A DNA stretch of 64,000 nt from Candidatus Bathyarchaeota archaeon (GTDB lineage Archaea; Thermoproteota; Bathyarchaeia; TCS64): contig CAVYVF010000023.1 of NCBI GenBank assembly GCA_963771885.1, forward strand, positions 328,668 through 392,667, given 5' to 3'. This document shows positions 19,849 through 29,812 of the stretch, piece after piece. Below the pieces are notes generated by a model. The model was not told where the DNA came from, did not search any database, and saw only the letters and a list, made by a program, of their open reading frames with translations. Position 1 is the stretch's first letter. Every line of letters starts with the position of its first letter. A program made the translations under genes and the position numbers.

Positions 19849-21477
19849 TCACTTCAGGTTTTTCAGGATCGATGAGATGAGACCCTCCTCGGTCTCAGCG
19901 TATAAAACGTGTATCTGGTAGAGTTCAGCGAGCCTAAGCTCCTCCGAATTAGGCGGTATTAGGGAGGCGAGGACGAATCTAGCCGACTTCAGGTCAGAAT
20001 GAAGGCTACTTCTCTCCACTATCCTGTTGAAAACGGAGCCGTCCGTCAGTACGTCTATGCAGAGGCTTGCCTCCATCTTCGGGTTCTTGGCGAACACGTC
20101 AAAGAGGTAGGACTTCGATGCACCTTGCAGTGTGCCCGGCACTTCGACGGACCATTTCTTGTCTTCTAGGGCGTCCCTGATCTTGGTGGCGAGCGTTTCC
20201 ACCTTGATGCGTTGGGCGACCTGCTTCAACTTTTCCTGTATCGGCTGCCCGAGCTGCCAATAGTCCCTGAACATCAGGAGCATCGTCTCGACGTAGGCGC
20301 TGATGTTTGACCATACTGTGCGTTTCTGGAGATCCATGTAGGGGACGTTCATCAGCGCCTCCTTTGCGTCGATGGTAAGGAGGATGAGGTCGGTCGAGGC
20401 GGCGTTCTCCGCGATGATCATGTCTTCGCCGGCGATGTTGGCGAGGTAGGGTAGGTTCTTCGGGTTAGTCTTTGTCAGCACCCTCGTCTTTACACCCTTG
20501 ACCGTGATGTCATCGATCTCATCGAGAGGCAACGGTAAGGCAGTCGAGTCGTTCGCCATGATATCAACTGCTTTGGTGGCTCTCCCTATCATGTCTCTGA
20601 AGAGCTTGGTGTACTCCTCGTTCGTCATGTAGGTGATTATTTCCTGACTTGGTTCCCCGGTCTGGATGGATTTTATCATGGACTCCGCCTCGGGGGCGAG
20701 GCTCCAGAGGGCGTCGAAGAATATCCTCATCGCCGCGACATAGCTCGAGGCGTTTGTCCAGAGCCCGGTGTCTGCCTTCGTCGTCATGCTCATCGAGTCG
20801 TCCATGGCGACTGTCGTGAGGGTCTCCCTCCCGTCGATTATTGCGAACCTTATTGGCGCCGAGAGGATCACGTGGCGGGCCTCGACCAGCCCCAGATATG
20901 GCTCGACATTTTTCAGGCCTTCCACATCGATCTGCGTGAGCACTCTAACCTTCTTCCCATTCTGAGTGAGCGCCTTGAACCTATCGTCAACCCCCCAGAG
21001 CGAGAGACGTGCTAGGTCACGCGTCGTCGTGACGAGTCGCACCTCTTCCTCCGCCTTGTCACACATCTCCAGTAGGAGGTCGAAAACCTGCTGTCTGCCT
21101 TGGAATATTCGGAACTTGAACTCCTCGTCTGTTGGCTGTGCGGCACCACTTGCGAGGTTCTTCCACTCCTCAACGAGGGTACCGCTGTTCTGTTCGAGGT
21201 CCGTTAGGCGCTGCTTAAGCCCACCTTTCTGCCTGTTTAGTACGTCGATGAGTGGTGTCGCGACGTACCTTATGGGACGCCCAATGAGGCTTTGCACGAG
21301 CCCCTTGTCCTCGAGCGTCTTCAGGCTCCTGTATGCCTTCATCCTGTTGAGGTTGAATCGGCGGGAGACTATGCGGGCGGGTGACGGCCCCATCGCCGAG
21401 AGGAAAACGTATAGCTCCGCTTCGTTTTTTTCAAGCCCAAGTTCCTGTAGGCGCTTCGTTAGCCTCTCGGTGGACAT
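19849..21477 (-). CDS. TrmB-family transcriptional regulator (unusually long, 542 aa)
   Basis: N-terminal TrmB wHTH (LGLEKNEAELYVFLSAMGPSPARIVSRRFNLNRMKAYRSLKTLEDKGLV) plus an extended C-terminal effector-type region. Confidence 0.6.
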   Translation of the reverse strand: MSTERLTKRLQELGLEKNEAELYVFLSAMGPSPARIVSRRFNLNRMKAYRSLKTLEDKGLVQSLIGRPIRYVATPLIDVLNRQKGGLKQRLTDLEQNSGTLVEEWKNLASGAAQPTDEEFKFRIFQGRQQVFDLLLEMCDKAEEEVRLVTTTRDLARLSLWGVDDRFKALTQNGKKVRVLTQIDVEGLKNVEPYLGLVEARHVILSAPIRFAIIDGRETLTTVAMDDSMSMTTKADTGLWTNASSYVAAMRIFFDALWSLAPEAESMIKSIQTGEPSQEIITYMTNEEYTKLFRDMIGRATKAVDIMANDSTALPLPLDEIDDITVKGVKTRVLTKTNPKNLPYLANIAGEDMIIAENAASTDLILLTIDAKEALMNVPYMDLQKRTVWSNISAYVETMLLMFRDYWQLGQPIQEKLKQVAQRIKVETLATKIRDALEDKKWSVEVPGTLQGASKSYLFDVFAKNPKMEASLCIDVLTDGSVFNRIVERSSLHSDLKSARFVLASLIPPNSEELRLAELYQIHVLYAETEEGLISSILKNLK

Positions 21478-21494
21478 TATGTGAGGGTTGGATC

Positions 21495-21512
21495 TCTATA
21501 TTTTTAAATGTT
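21495..21512 (-). promoter_or_regulatory. TATA box / promoter of near-leaderless trmB
   Basis: TCTATATTTTTAAATG, AT-rich in a 60% GC background, 18-35 nt upstream of the trmB start codon at 21477 (minus strand). Confidence 0.5.
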
Positions 21513-21606
21513 CGTTCATTGAGTGCAAGCATTCTGCACGTGCATTTGTTACACACCGATCGTTTTCCCCTACACGTAGGACCTTGGATGCAGAGGTGTG
21601 TAGGTC

Positions 21607-21870
21607 ATGAAGAGGCTCATTATAAAGGGGAAGGATCGAATGTGGCCTACCGTGATCTGGCAGGGGTCGCAGCTCGTCGTCTACTATCTAGGCGAGGACG
21701 AGAGCGATGTTAAGGTGAAGGAGGCGAACGGCATCGATTTCGAGGAGTTCTTCCTTCACCTCGATCGCGGGGGCTCTGTGTTCGTTACAATGAAGCCCAG
21801 CGACAGCAATGTGATCGACAACGCCCACGCTGCAGAGGTAGCTGCCGACGACCTCTATGAATACGCATAA
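21607..21870 (+). CDS. hypothetical small protein upstream of tfb
   Basis: 87 aa ORF; coding-like composition; function unknown. Confidence 0.3.
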   Translation: MKRLIIKGKDRMWPTVIWQGSQLVVYYLGEDESDVKVKEANGIDFEEFFLHLDRGGSVFVTMKPSDSNVIDNAHAAEVAADDLYEYA

Positions 21871-21887
21871 TATGGGAGAGATGAAAA

Positions 21888-22856
21888 ATGGAACAGGAAT
21901 ATAATCACGAGTGTCCAAAGTGTCACAGTTCGCAGATAATTAGAGACAACGAGGCGGGTGAGGAGGTCTGTAGTCAATGCGGCCTCGTCATCTCCAACAT
22001 GGTTGACTCGGGCGCTGAGTGGAGGGCCTTCGAGTTCAGCGAGATGGGCAGGTCGCGCGCGGGTCAGGCACTAACCCCCTCCCTCTGGGACCAAGGCATG
22101 TCTACGAGCTTCAACTGCCTCAGAGACGGCACTGGGAAGCCACTCAAACTCGACGCGATCGACAAGATGTACCGCCTAAAGAAGTACGATAATAGGTCGA
22201 AGGTCAATGACACTCAGGCGAGGAACCTCAGCATCGCTATGGCGGAGCTGAGCAGGCTCTCGACTGCGATCCACCTCCCGGAGAACGCGAAGAACGATGC
22301 AGCGACCCTTTACAGGAAGGCCCTCAACAAGGATATGATTAGGGGGCGCAGCATTGACTCCTTCATTGCGGCGTGCGTCTATGCGACGTGCAGGCTACGC
22401 GGGATACCACGCCCACTAAAGTCAATAGCCACGGAGAGCCGCAGAGACATGGGTGACGTCGCGAGGACCTACCGTCTCCTAATCCAGGAGATGGGTCTCA
22501 AGATGCCCATCAACGAGTCCGAGAAGTTCATCCCTGGGATCGCCGCCAAGCTGGGGCTGAGGAGGCAGACCGAGCAGCAGGCGGTCGAGATACTCCGCGA
22601 GGCAAGGGCGAAGAATCAACTATCGGGCAAGGACCCAAGAGGCTTGGCTGCGGCGTCCCTGTACCTATCGTGCATCCGCAACCACGACAAGAGGACGCAG
22701 AAGGACGTCGCCGAGGCAGCCGGCACAACCGAGGTTACCCTCCGCAACAGAGTGAAGGGGCTCGAGGAGTCGATGAACAGGGACGCGATGAACGCGATGC
22801 GCCCCGAGGACCAGCCGGCGATGATGGTAGATCCCCTATACAGCAAGGCCGACTAA
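21888..22856 (+). CDS. tfb: transcription initiation factor IIB (TFB)
   Basis: N-terminal Zn ribbon CPKCHSS...CSQCGLV, B-reader/linker, two cyclin-fold repeats. Confidence 0.9.
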   Translation: MEQEYNHECPKCHSSQIIRDNEAGEEVCSQCGLVISNMVDSGAEWRAFEFSEMGRSRAGQALTPSLWDQGMSTSFNCLRDGTGKPLKLDAIDKMYRLKKYDNRSKVNDTQARNLSIAMAELSRLSTAIHLPENAKNDAATLYRKALNKDMIRGRSIDSFIAACVYATCRLRGIPRPLKSIATESRRDMGDVARTYRLLIQEMGLKMPINESEKFIPGIAAKLGLRRQTEQQAVEILREARAKNQLSGKDPRGLAAASLYLSCIRNHDKRTQKDVAEAAGTTEVTLRNRVKGLEESMNRDAMNAMRPEDQPAMMVDPLYSKAD

Positions 22857-22871
22857 ACAATACCCTTTTTT

Positions 22872-23804
22872 TTAGATTTGACGGAAGACCTCGTCTCGGA
22901 GAACCGCGCAAGTCTCCTTCATCTCGGAAAGCTTTCCGCTTCTCGGGATGGCTATCATCATCTTGTAGCCGCCATCCTCTACGGCTCGCAACTTTTCGAT
23001 GAGGACCTCTGGGGTGCCTACGAAGACATCTTCGGCGACCTCCTTGATGGGCTTGTCCTTGGCGATCTTCTTGACTATCTCCTCGGTCTCCACGTCGTTC
23101 TTTGTGGGGGTTATCGTTGCGAATCCGTGGAGGTAGAAATCCTTCATTTTCCGCCCGTTCTTCTCAAGCTCGGGCTCCAGTATCTTGAGGTAGCCTTTTA
23201 TCGCGTTTTTATTGCCGCTCCCGTTCATGCCGTCGGCGTACTTGGCGGCGATGCTTATCATGCGCTGCTGGCGGGCACCGACGCTGAGCCTCATCGGTTT
23301 CTGGACGGTACCGGGGACGTTGACTGCGTCCTTGAGCTTCCAGTACTTCCCCTCGTAGCTGAAGACTTCTTTGTCGAACATGCCTCGGAGTATCTGGACG
23401 GCTTCCTTAAGGCGAGTAACGCGCTCGCCTGCCTCGGGTATCCCCCTGCCTTTCTCCATGAGGTCATAGCCCTTGTACTCGGGGTCGTTCCAGCCAGCGC
23501 CGATGATGGTCTCGTATCGGCCCCCTGTCATGATGTCGAGTGTCGTGATCATCTTGGCGAGGACGGCAGGGTTGCGCATACTGTTGAAGAGGGTTATATG
23601 CCCGACCCTGATCTTCTTGGTCTGCATCGCTATCCCTGCAATCGTTGTCCACGCCTCGAGGGTGGGTTCCTTGCGGTCTCCACCAAGCCCCTCGAAGTGG
23701 TCGTTCAGGAAGACGCCGAATAGCCCGAGCTCCTCCGCGTAGCGGGACACCTCGAGCATCGCCGGGTATGTGCCGGCTGGTCTTATGTATAGTCCGAAGT
23801 CCAT
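22872..23804 (-). CDS. LLM-class flavin/F420-dependent oxidoreductase (luciferase-like)
   Basis: Likely start at internal M (MDFGLYIRPAG...); TIM-barrel LLM features. The longer N-terminal ORF extension looks like non-coding run-on. Confidence 0.6.
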   Translation of the reverse strand: MDFGLYIRPAGTYPAMLEVSRYAEELGLFGVFLNDHFEGLGGDRKEPTLEAWTTIAGIAMQTKKIRVGHITLFNSMRNPAVLAKMITTLDIMTGGRYETIIGAGWNDPEYKGYDLMEKGRGIPEAGERVTRLKEAVQILRGMFDKEVFSYEGKYWKLKDAVNVPGTVQKPMRLSVGARQQRMISIAAKYADGMNGSGNKNAIKGYLKILEPELEKNGRKMKDFYLHGFATITPTKNDVETEEIVKKIAKDKPIKEVAEDVFVGTPEVLIEKLRAVEDGGYKMMIAIPRSGKLSEMKETCAVLRDEVFRQI

Positions 23805-24462
23805 GGGGGCATGAATCCAGTTCGCCGTATTTAGGGATAACCAGTGGATAGGTGACACTGGTATACGGCTCCTCAATCTCCTTAAACGGCTGCGCCAAGC
23901 GTCACCCGACCAACTTTGTGCAGTCATGATGTTTATGCAGCTAAAAAAGTAAAGCCGAGAAAGTCAGCGAAGATACGCAACCCCGTCGAGGACAAAGTGG
24001 TGGATGTGGAGTACATTAGCGCCTCCGCGAGACTTACCGAGGCTGTGGAGATTCTGCGTAAGTAGCTATTCCGCGCAGTCAGAGATAATGCTCCAAGCGG
24101 CGTGCGCGAGCAATTTCACTTCTATCATTGGTGAAATGGGAAAGATAGTCAAGTTTCCCATCACCTCGTTTCTCGGCATAATAATCTATTTACACTAGTC
24201 TAAAATTTGCGAAAGGGACATGGGAAACGGGGAAACCAGGGGAAACATCACAGATCTGGGAAAAATGTATCTTTCGGAGGGAAAAATGGGAAACATACCT
24301 CTTAGGCGTGGGAAAAACGGGAAAAGGCAAACCGAGTTGTTCGCGCGATAAAATGTGGCGCGCGCAGCTCCTCCTACCTAAGCTGTGAAGATCTTGGGTA
24401 TGTGGTCGCTCCTACGCCGTCAGGGATATAGCTCCTAGCGGAGTCTTTGAATCAGACAGACA

Positions 24463-25854
24463 TTGGCAAGAAAGCCGCACCCCTATATCCCAAACTCGGT
24501 CCCAGGCGTAAAGGCGGAGATGCTTCATGCCGTTGGAGCATCGAGCGCCGACGAACTCTACGCGGAGATGATACCAAACAGACTGCTCTTCAAGGGAAAG
24601 TTGGATCTACCCGAGGCTCTCCCAGCCGAGTACGACCTGAAGAGACATGTCGCCGGGATGCTGTCTCGCGACAAGACAACGAGGGACACAGTCATATTCC
24701 TAGGTGGAGGCTGCTGGAACCACTTCGTGCCTCAGATTTGTGATGATATCGCTGGGAGAAGCGAGTTCCTCACCGCTTATACAGGGGGGTACTATAGCGA
24801 CCTCGGGCGCTTCCAGGCAAACTGGGAGTTTCAGAGCCTCATCTGCGAGCTCGTAGGGATGGAGGTCAGCGGGATCCCCACATATGATTGGGGGAGTGCT
24901 GCGGGGAACGCGGTGAGAATGGCTTCACGCCTCACGGGTAGGCGCGAGGTAATCGTACCCGCGCACATGAGCCCAGCGCGCCTCAGCATCGTCTCCAACT
25001 TCTGCAACCCAACTAGGATGCCTGATGCAATCAAGGTCATCAAGGTAGCATATGATAATACGACGGGAACACTCGACATCAATGACTTGAAGAAGAGGAT
25101 CAGTGATAAGTCGGCGTGCATCTACTTCGAAAACCCCGGCTACCTCGGCACCATTGAGGACCAGGGCGAGGAGATTTCTGAGATTGCTCACAGGGCTGGA
25201 GCGGAGGTTGTCGTAGGAGTTGATCCGATAAGCCTCGGTGTCCTGTCCCCACCGAGCGATTACGGAGCTGACATAGTCTGCGGTGAGGTTCAGCCGCTGG
25301 GCGTTCACATGAGCGCAGGCGGGGGACTTGCAGGCTTTATAGCAAGCAGGGACGAGGAGAGGTACGTGGCGGAGTACCCGCTGCGCCTAATCAGCGTCAC
25401 CGGCACCACTGTGGAGGGGGAGCGCGGCTTCGGTCAGGCAAAGTACGAGCGCACAAGCTACATGGCGCGAGAGAAGGCGAAGGATTGGGTCGGTACCACC
25501 ACCGCCCTTCACGGCATTATTGCGGCGGTTTATATGAGTCTACTCGGACCCGATGGGATGAGAGATGTCGGGGAGGCGATTCTACAGAAGAGCCATTACG
25601 CGGCGAGGAGACTCAGCGAAATAGCCGAGGTTAAGTTCCCTGGCTTCTTCAAAGAGTTCCCTCTGTGCTTCGATGCGTCGAAGAAGAAAGTCGGACAAGT
25701 GAATAAGGCCTTACTCAAGAGGGGAATCCTCGGGGGAAAAGATGTCTCCCGAGAGTTCCCAGAACTAGGACAGTCGGCGCTAACGTGCTTCACCGAGGTG
25801 CACTCAAAAGCGGACATAGATGGATTCGCCGACGCGCTAGAGGCGATACTATGA
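24463..25854 (+). CDS. gcvPA: glycine dehydrogenase (decarboxylating) subunit 1
   Basis: KPHPYIPNSVPGVKAEML N-terminus and overall GcvPA architecture; stop overlaps gcvPB start (ATGA). Confidence 0.85.
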   Translation: MARKPHPYIPNSVPGVKAEMLHAVGASSADELYAEMIPNRLLFKGKLDLPEALPAEYDLKRHVAGMLSRDKTTRDTVIFLGGGCWNHFVPQICDDIAGRSEFLTAYTGGYYSDLGRFQANWEFQSLICELVGMEVSGIPTYDWGSAAGNAVRMASRLTGRREVIVPAHMSPARLSIVSNFCNPTRMPDAIKVIKVAYDNTTGTLDINDLKKRISDKSACIYFENPGYLGTIEDQGEEISEIAHRAGAEVVVGVDPISLGVLSPPSDYGADIVCGEVQPLGVHMSAGGGLAGFIASRDEERYVAEYPLRLISVTGTTVEGERGFGQAKYERTSYMAREKAKDWVGTTTALHGIIAAVYMSLLGPDGMRDVGEAILQKSHYAARRLSEIAEVKFPGFFKEFPLCFDASKKKVGQVNKALLKRGILGGKDVSREFPELGQSALTCFTEVHSKADIDGFADALEAIL

Positions 25855-27395
25855 TGACTTGTCCGAAGGTTCGACCATATCACGCAACGGTCTGGAGCGA
25901 GCCCCTCATCCACGAACTCGGACGCGAGGGGGAGAGAGGCGTCATCCTCCCAGCCGTCGAGGCGGAGATAACGGAGAGCGTCGGTGAAGTCGAGTCGCTC
26001 ATTCCCAAGAAGATGAGGCGGAGGGGGAAGCCGGAGCTCCCCGAGCTCAGCCAGCCCCAGGTCCTTCGCCACTGGCTACACCTGAGCCAGATGACGCTTG
26101 GCATGGAGGGGGACATCGACCTCGGCGTCGGCACATGCACTATGAAGTACAGCCCCAAGGTGAACGAGGAGCTCGCCGCAATGATCTCGGGGATGCATCC
26201 CGACCAGCCCGAGGAGACGATGCAGGGGCTACTGGAGTTAGCGTGGCGCTTCGGCGACGTCTACCTCCGGGAGATCAGCGGGATGGAGGCGTTTACGTTC
26301 CAGCCTCCGGGCGGCTCGGCGGGTGCCTTCAACAATGCCGCCATCATGAGGAAGTACCACGAGCTGAACGGTGAGTTGGGGCAGCGGGACGAGGTCATCA
26401 CGACAATCTTCAGCCACCCGTGCGACGCTGCGTGCCCCGCGACGGCGGGCTTCAAGGTGGTTACTCTGTATCCGGACGAGGAAACGGGACACCCCAGCGT
26501 CGAGGCGCTTAAGGCGGCGGTCAGCAAGCACACAGCGGGGATATTCGTCACCAACCCCGAGGACACGGGCATATTCAACCGCGACATTGACGAGTGGACG
26601 AGGATAGTCCACGAGGCAGGTGGACTCTGCGCCTACGACCAGGCGAACCTCAACGCGGTGATGGGCGTAACACGGGCGAGGGAAGCGGGCTTCGACATGA
26701 GCTTCTTCAACTTGCACAAAACGTTCAGCAGCCCACACGGTTCGTCTGGGCCGGGGTCGGGGGCGGTAGGCGTTACCAAGGAGTTGGAGGACCTGCTTCC
26801 CATCCCCGTAATCGTGAAGAAGAAGGAAAAGTTTCACCTCGACTATAATCGCCCGAAGAGCATCGGGCGTGTACGCGACTTTCTCGGTAACCTGCAGGTT
26901 GTCGTACGCGCCTACGCGTGGGCGGTGGCGATGGGCGCCGAGGGGCTCAGGGAAGCGGCTGAGGTCAGCATGATAAACAACCAGTACCTCAGCGAGAAGA
27001 TGAGGGAGGTTCCTGGGGTCTCTAAGCCCTACGGTGGGATGCGACTCGACCAAGCGCGGTGGAGCCTCGAGAAGCTCAAGAAGGAGACGGGCTGCGGGAT
27101 TGGCGACGTAAACAAGCGTGTCATCGACTATGGTGTACAGAGCTTCTTCACTAGCCATCATCCCTGGATAGTGCCCGAGCCATTCACCCCGGAGCCATGC
27201 GAGACCTACAGCAAAGCTGACATCGACTACTGGGTTACCGTGCTTAAGCGGGTCTGCGAGGAGGCTTACGAAGACCCGAAGATATTGAAGAATGCGCCGC
27301 ACAACTCGTCGATACACACGATCGACGTGGCGCCGTTAGACGATCCGATGCGTTGGGCGATGAGCTGGAGGGCGTACAGGAGGAAAATGAAGTGA
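25851..27395 (+). CDS. gcvPB: glycine dehydrogenase (decarboxylating) subunit 2 (PLP-binding)
   Basis: Start at internal ATG 25851 (MMTCPK...); NLHKTFSSPHGSSGPGSG PLP-lysine region. Confidence 0.85.
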   Translation: MMTCPKVRPYHATVWSEPLIHELGREGERGVILPAVEAEITESVGEVESLIPKKMRRRGKPELPELSQPQVLRHWLHLSQMTLGMEGDIDLGVGTCTMKYSPKVNEELAAMISGMHPDQPEETMQGLLELAWRFGDVYLREISGMEAFTFQPPGGSAGAFNNAAIMRKYHELNGELGQRDEVITTIFSHPCDAACPATAGFKVVTLYPDEETGHPSVEALKAAVSKHTAGIFVTNPEDTGIFNRDIDEWTRIVHEAGGLCAYDQANLNAVMGVTRAREAGFDMSFFNLHKTFSSPHGSSGPGSGAVGVTKELEDLLPIPVIVKKKEKFHLDYNRPKSIGRVRDFLGNLQVVVRAYAWAVAMGAEGLREAAEVSMINNQYLSEKMREVPGVSKPYGGMRLDQARWSLEKLKKETGCGIGDVNKRVIDYGVQSFFTSHHPWIVPEPFTPEPCETYSKADIDYWVTVLKRVCEEAYEDPKILKNAPHNSSIHTIDVAPLDDPMRWAMSWRAYRRKMK

Positions 27396-28198
27396 ATAGG
27401 CTTGAGGGCAAAGTTGTGGTTGTTACGGGTTCGGCGCAGGGCATAGGCGCCGGTATTGCGAGGGTGCTCGCCTCACACGGAGCGACCGTCTGCCTCGCCG
27501 ACATACAGGAGAGCGTCGAGCAGACGGCGGAAACTATCCGCATGGTTGGAGGTAAGGCGAGCGCATACAGGATCGACGTGACTAAGTCAGAGAGCGTCGA
27601 GGCGACCTTCGAGAAGATATCAACAGACCACGCACGCATCGACGTACTCGTCAACAACGCGGGCATCTACCCCCGGCGCAGGCTGTTGGAGATGGACGAG
27701 GAGTTCCTTCACCGCCTCTTCGAGATAAATGTCTTCGGTATGTTCCGCTGCGCGAAGGCGGTGCTTCCCGGGATGATGGAGAGGCGCTACGGGAAAATCG
27801 TGAACATGAGCAGTGTAACGGGACCGATGGTGGGGACACCGGCGGGGGGTCAGACTGCATACGGCTCCTCGAAAGCGGCTGTGATAGGCTTTACGAAGGC
27901 CCTCGCCCTCGAGACGGCACAGTACATGATCAACGTCAACTGCATACTCCCCGGCTACGTCTACAGCCCGAGCGCATTCGGTATAAGGGGAAGCGCGGGA
28001 GGTGAGGATGCTGAGGCGGCAATGCACGAGTTCGGGCGCAAGATACCCATGTGCAGGCAGGGAAACCCCGAGGACGTCGGAAACCTCGTCCTATTCCTCG
28101 CGAGCGACGAGGCGAGCTACCTCACCGGCTCTGAAGTAGTAATCGACGGGGGGAACATTCTACAGGAGGAGTACCTGGGACCCTACTCCCAAAAGTAG
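27392..28198 (+). CDS. SDR-family short-chain dehydrogenase/reductase
   Basis: GTG start overlapping the gcvPB stop; TGSAQGIGAGIA Rossmann motif; YGSSK catalytic YxxxK. Confidence 0.75.
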   Translation: MNRLEGKVVVVTGSAQGIGAGIARVLASHGATVCLADIQESVEQTAETIRMVGGKASAYRIDVTKSESVEATFEKISTDHARIDVLVNNAGIYPRRRLLEMDEEFLHRLFEINVFGMFRCAKAVLPGMMERRYGKIVNMSSVTGPMVGTPAGGQTAYGSSKAAVIGFTKALALETAQYMINVNCILPGYVYSPSAFGIRGSAGGEDAEAAMHEFGRKIPMCRQGNPEDVGNLVLFLASDEASYLTGSEVVIDGGNILQEEYLGPYSQK

Positions 28199-28498
28199 GG
28201 TAGTTGCGAATACATGTCTCGTGGCTTGTATAGAGCCACCAGGAGCTTTTCCTCAACTACCCAGATTGCATCGTTTTCGACTTGTTTCATTTTTTGAAGC
28301 TTTTTAATAGTAGTTTATTGGTGGTTGGCGACGGAGGTTCGGTGGCGTAGCTGTCAATGCGTGGCGCGCAGCCGCTTCCTCTGGGATAGCGACGATAATT
28401 ACTAGCTTTATTTACTGAGTTGGGGGGGGGCGAACGCGTCATACTCCTATAGCCACACTATCACGTTTTATATCCTTCACGGGAAAGTTACACTCGGG

Positions 28499-29812
28499 TT
28501 GTCCCCGGATCCCATTCTGGCTCAGACCCTTTGCTGGTCGGGGCTTCTCTCTTTGCTTGGGTTAGCAGTAGTCTTGAGGCATAGGGCGTCAGGAATACCT
28601 GATTTCTCGATCACTGTGTACATCGGGTTGGGGGTGGTGATGTCTGCCGTCGCTGTGACTATCGGGCTAAACCTTTACGTCGGGCCGGTGTTCGCCTTCG
28701 CGGCAGGTTGCCTCCTGGGTCTCGGCCACTACCGTGGAGTTATTGGGATGATGGAGCGGAGGGGCGATGATGCGGTGAGGCGCTCCTTGGGGGCGATCGG
28801 CTTCCAGATCATTGGCAGCGCGCTCCTCGCCTGCATAGCTTATGGGTTCGACACGCGTCCGGGGGAACGCCTTTACATTTTCCACAGCTTGCAACAGTAC
28901 GACTTCACGGTAATCGATACAAAGGGCATCTTCCTAGTCGTGCCACTCGTCTGCATAGCCGTATACTTCGTGATTCTGGCGCTGTCTCGGAGGACTATAT
29001 TGGGGTCGCTGATCACCGCCTCGGGTGAGGCTCCCGAACTGGCGATGATTCAGGGTGTGAATCCGTGGAGGGTGAAACTCAACGTATGGGTTTTCTCGGG
29101 TGGTCTAGCGGCGCTCGCTGGCTCGCTATTCCCGCCGTTCTGGCATATAGATCCTGGATGGGAGGCCCCGTTCCTTTTACCGATCTTCGCCGTCGGCGTT
29201 CTAAGCGGCTTTGAGTACCTGCTCGTCGCTGTCATCGCATCTTACATCGTCGGCATCACTGAGATAATGGGCACACTCTGGGGGCAGGTCAACTTCGGTA
29301 CATGGGTTGGGGCGTTCAGGCCGCTCTTCTCTATGGCGTTCATCTACTTCGGGATGCTGCTCATCCCCCGCGGCCTCGTCGAGGTGAAGGAATTATACAC
29401 GGACATAAGGGGAGGCGTCAAGCCCATCAGGCGAAGGCTTTTCGTTGTCTACCTCATCGTACTGGCGCTCGTAGGGATGGCTATCGTATCCGACGTCGTC
29501 TACGTTAACTCCAAGGAGGCCTCGATGGTGGATACAACGGCGGGCTGGGTGAACGCCGCTAACAGGGTGGGTGTCGCCGGGGCGAGAATCTATCCGGATA
29601 CTCAAGACCCCCGTCTACTTAACAGCCAATACTTCGAGAACGTCTACCCGCCGGATCAGGTGTACACGATCTACTCTATCCGAGAGTTCATGGAGATCAT
29701 CAAGGTCAGGGAAGCAACCATCGTCTATATGCATGATAACGCCCTCTACCTCATCGTCGACCAAACACTCGGCTACGTCTACTACCCAAGCTACGACAAC
29801 TTCGGGCGCTAG
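28499..29812 (+). CDS. orphan LivM-like ABC-transporter permease domain protein with C-terminal soluble extension
   Basis: RRTILGSLITASGEAPELAMIQGVNPWRVKLNVWVFSGGLAALAGSLF matches the branched-chain amino acid permease signature; no ATPase or binding protein adjacent; about 130 aa non-membrane C-terminus. Confidence 0.45.
   Translation: MSPDPILAQTLCWSGLLSLLGLAVVLRHRASGIPDFSITVYIGLGVVMSAVAVTIGLNLYVGPVFAFAAGCLLGLGHYRGVIGMMERRGDDAVRRSLGAIGFQIIGSALLACIAYGFDTRPGERLYIFHSLQQYDFTVIDTKGIFLVVPLVCIAVYFVILALSRRTILGSLITASGEAPELAMIQGVNPWRVKLNVWVFSGGLAALAGSLFPPFWHIDPGWEAPFLLPIFAVGVLSGFEYLLVAVIASYIVGITEIMGTLWGQVNFGTWVGAFRPLFSMAFIYFGMLLIPRGLVEVKELYTDIRGGVKPIRRRLFVVYLIVLALVGMAIVSDVVYVNSKEASMVDTTAGWVNAANRVGVAGARIYPDTQDPRLLNSQYFENVYPPDQVYTIYSIREFMEIIKVREATIVYMHDNALYLIVDQTLGYVYYPSYDNFGR

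Noticed and set aside
24225-24340. GGGAAAC repeat cluster considered as a CRISPR array or glycine riboswitch
   Set aside because: Units are 6-8 nt with irregular spacing (not 25-40 nt repeats with unique spacers), and no glycine-riboswitch conserved core was recognisable. Kept as a finding only as a possible regulatory repeat cluster.
26238-27317. 359-aa ORF on the minus strand inside gcvPB
   Set aside because: Fully antisense to conserved gcvPB; Arg/Leu/Val-rich composition typical of a high-GC antisense artefact.
28330-28400. tRNA-like string (GGTGGCGTAGCTG...) in the intergenic region upstream of the permease gene
   Set aside because: Could not be folded into a cloverleaf with a proper anticodon or T arm (no GTTC/TTCGAAT-like loop); probably coincidental.
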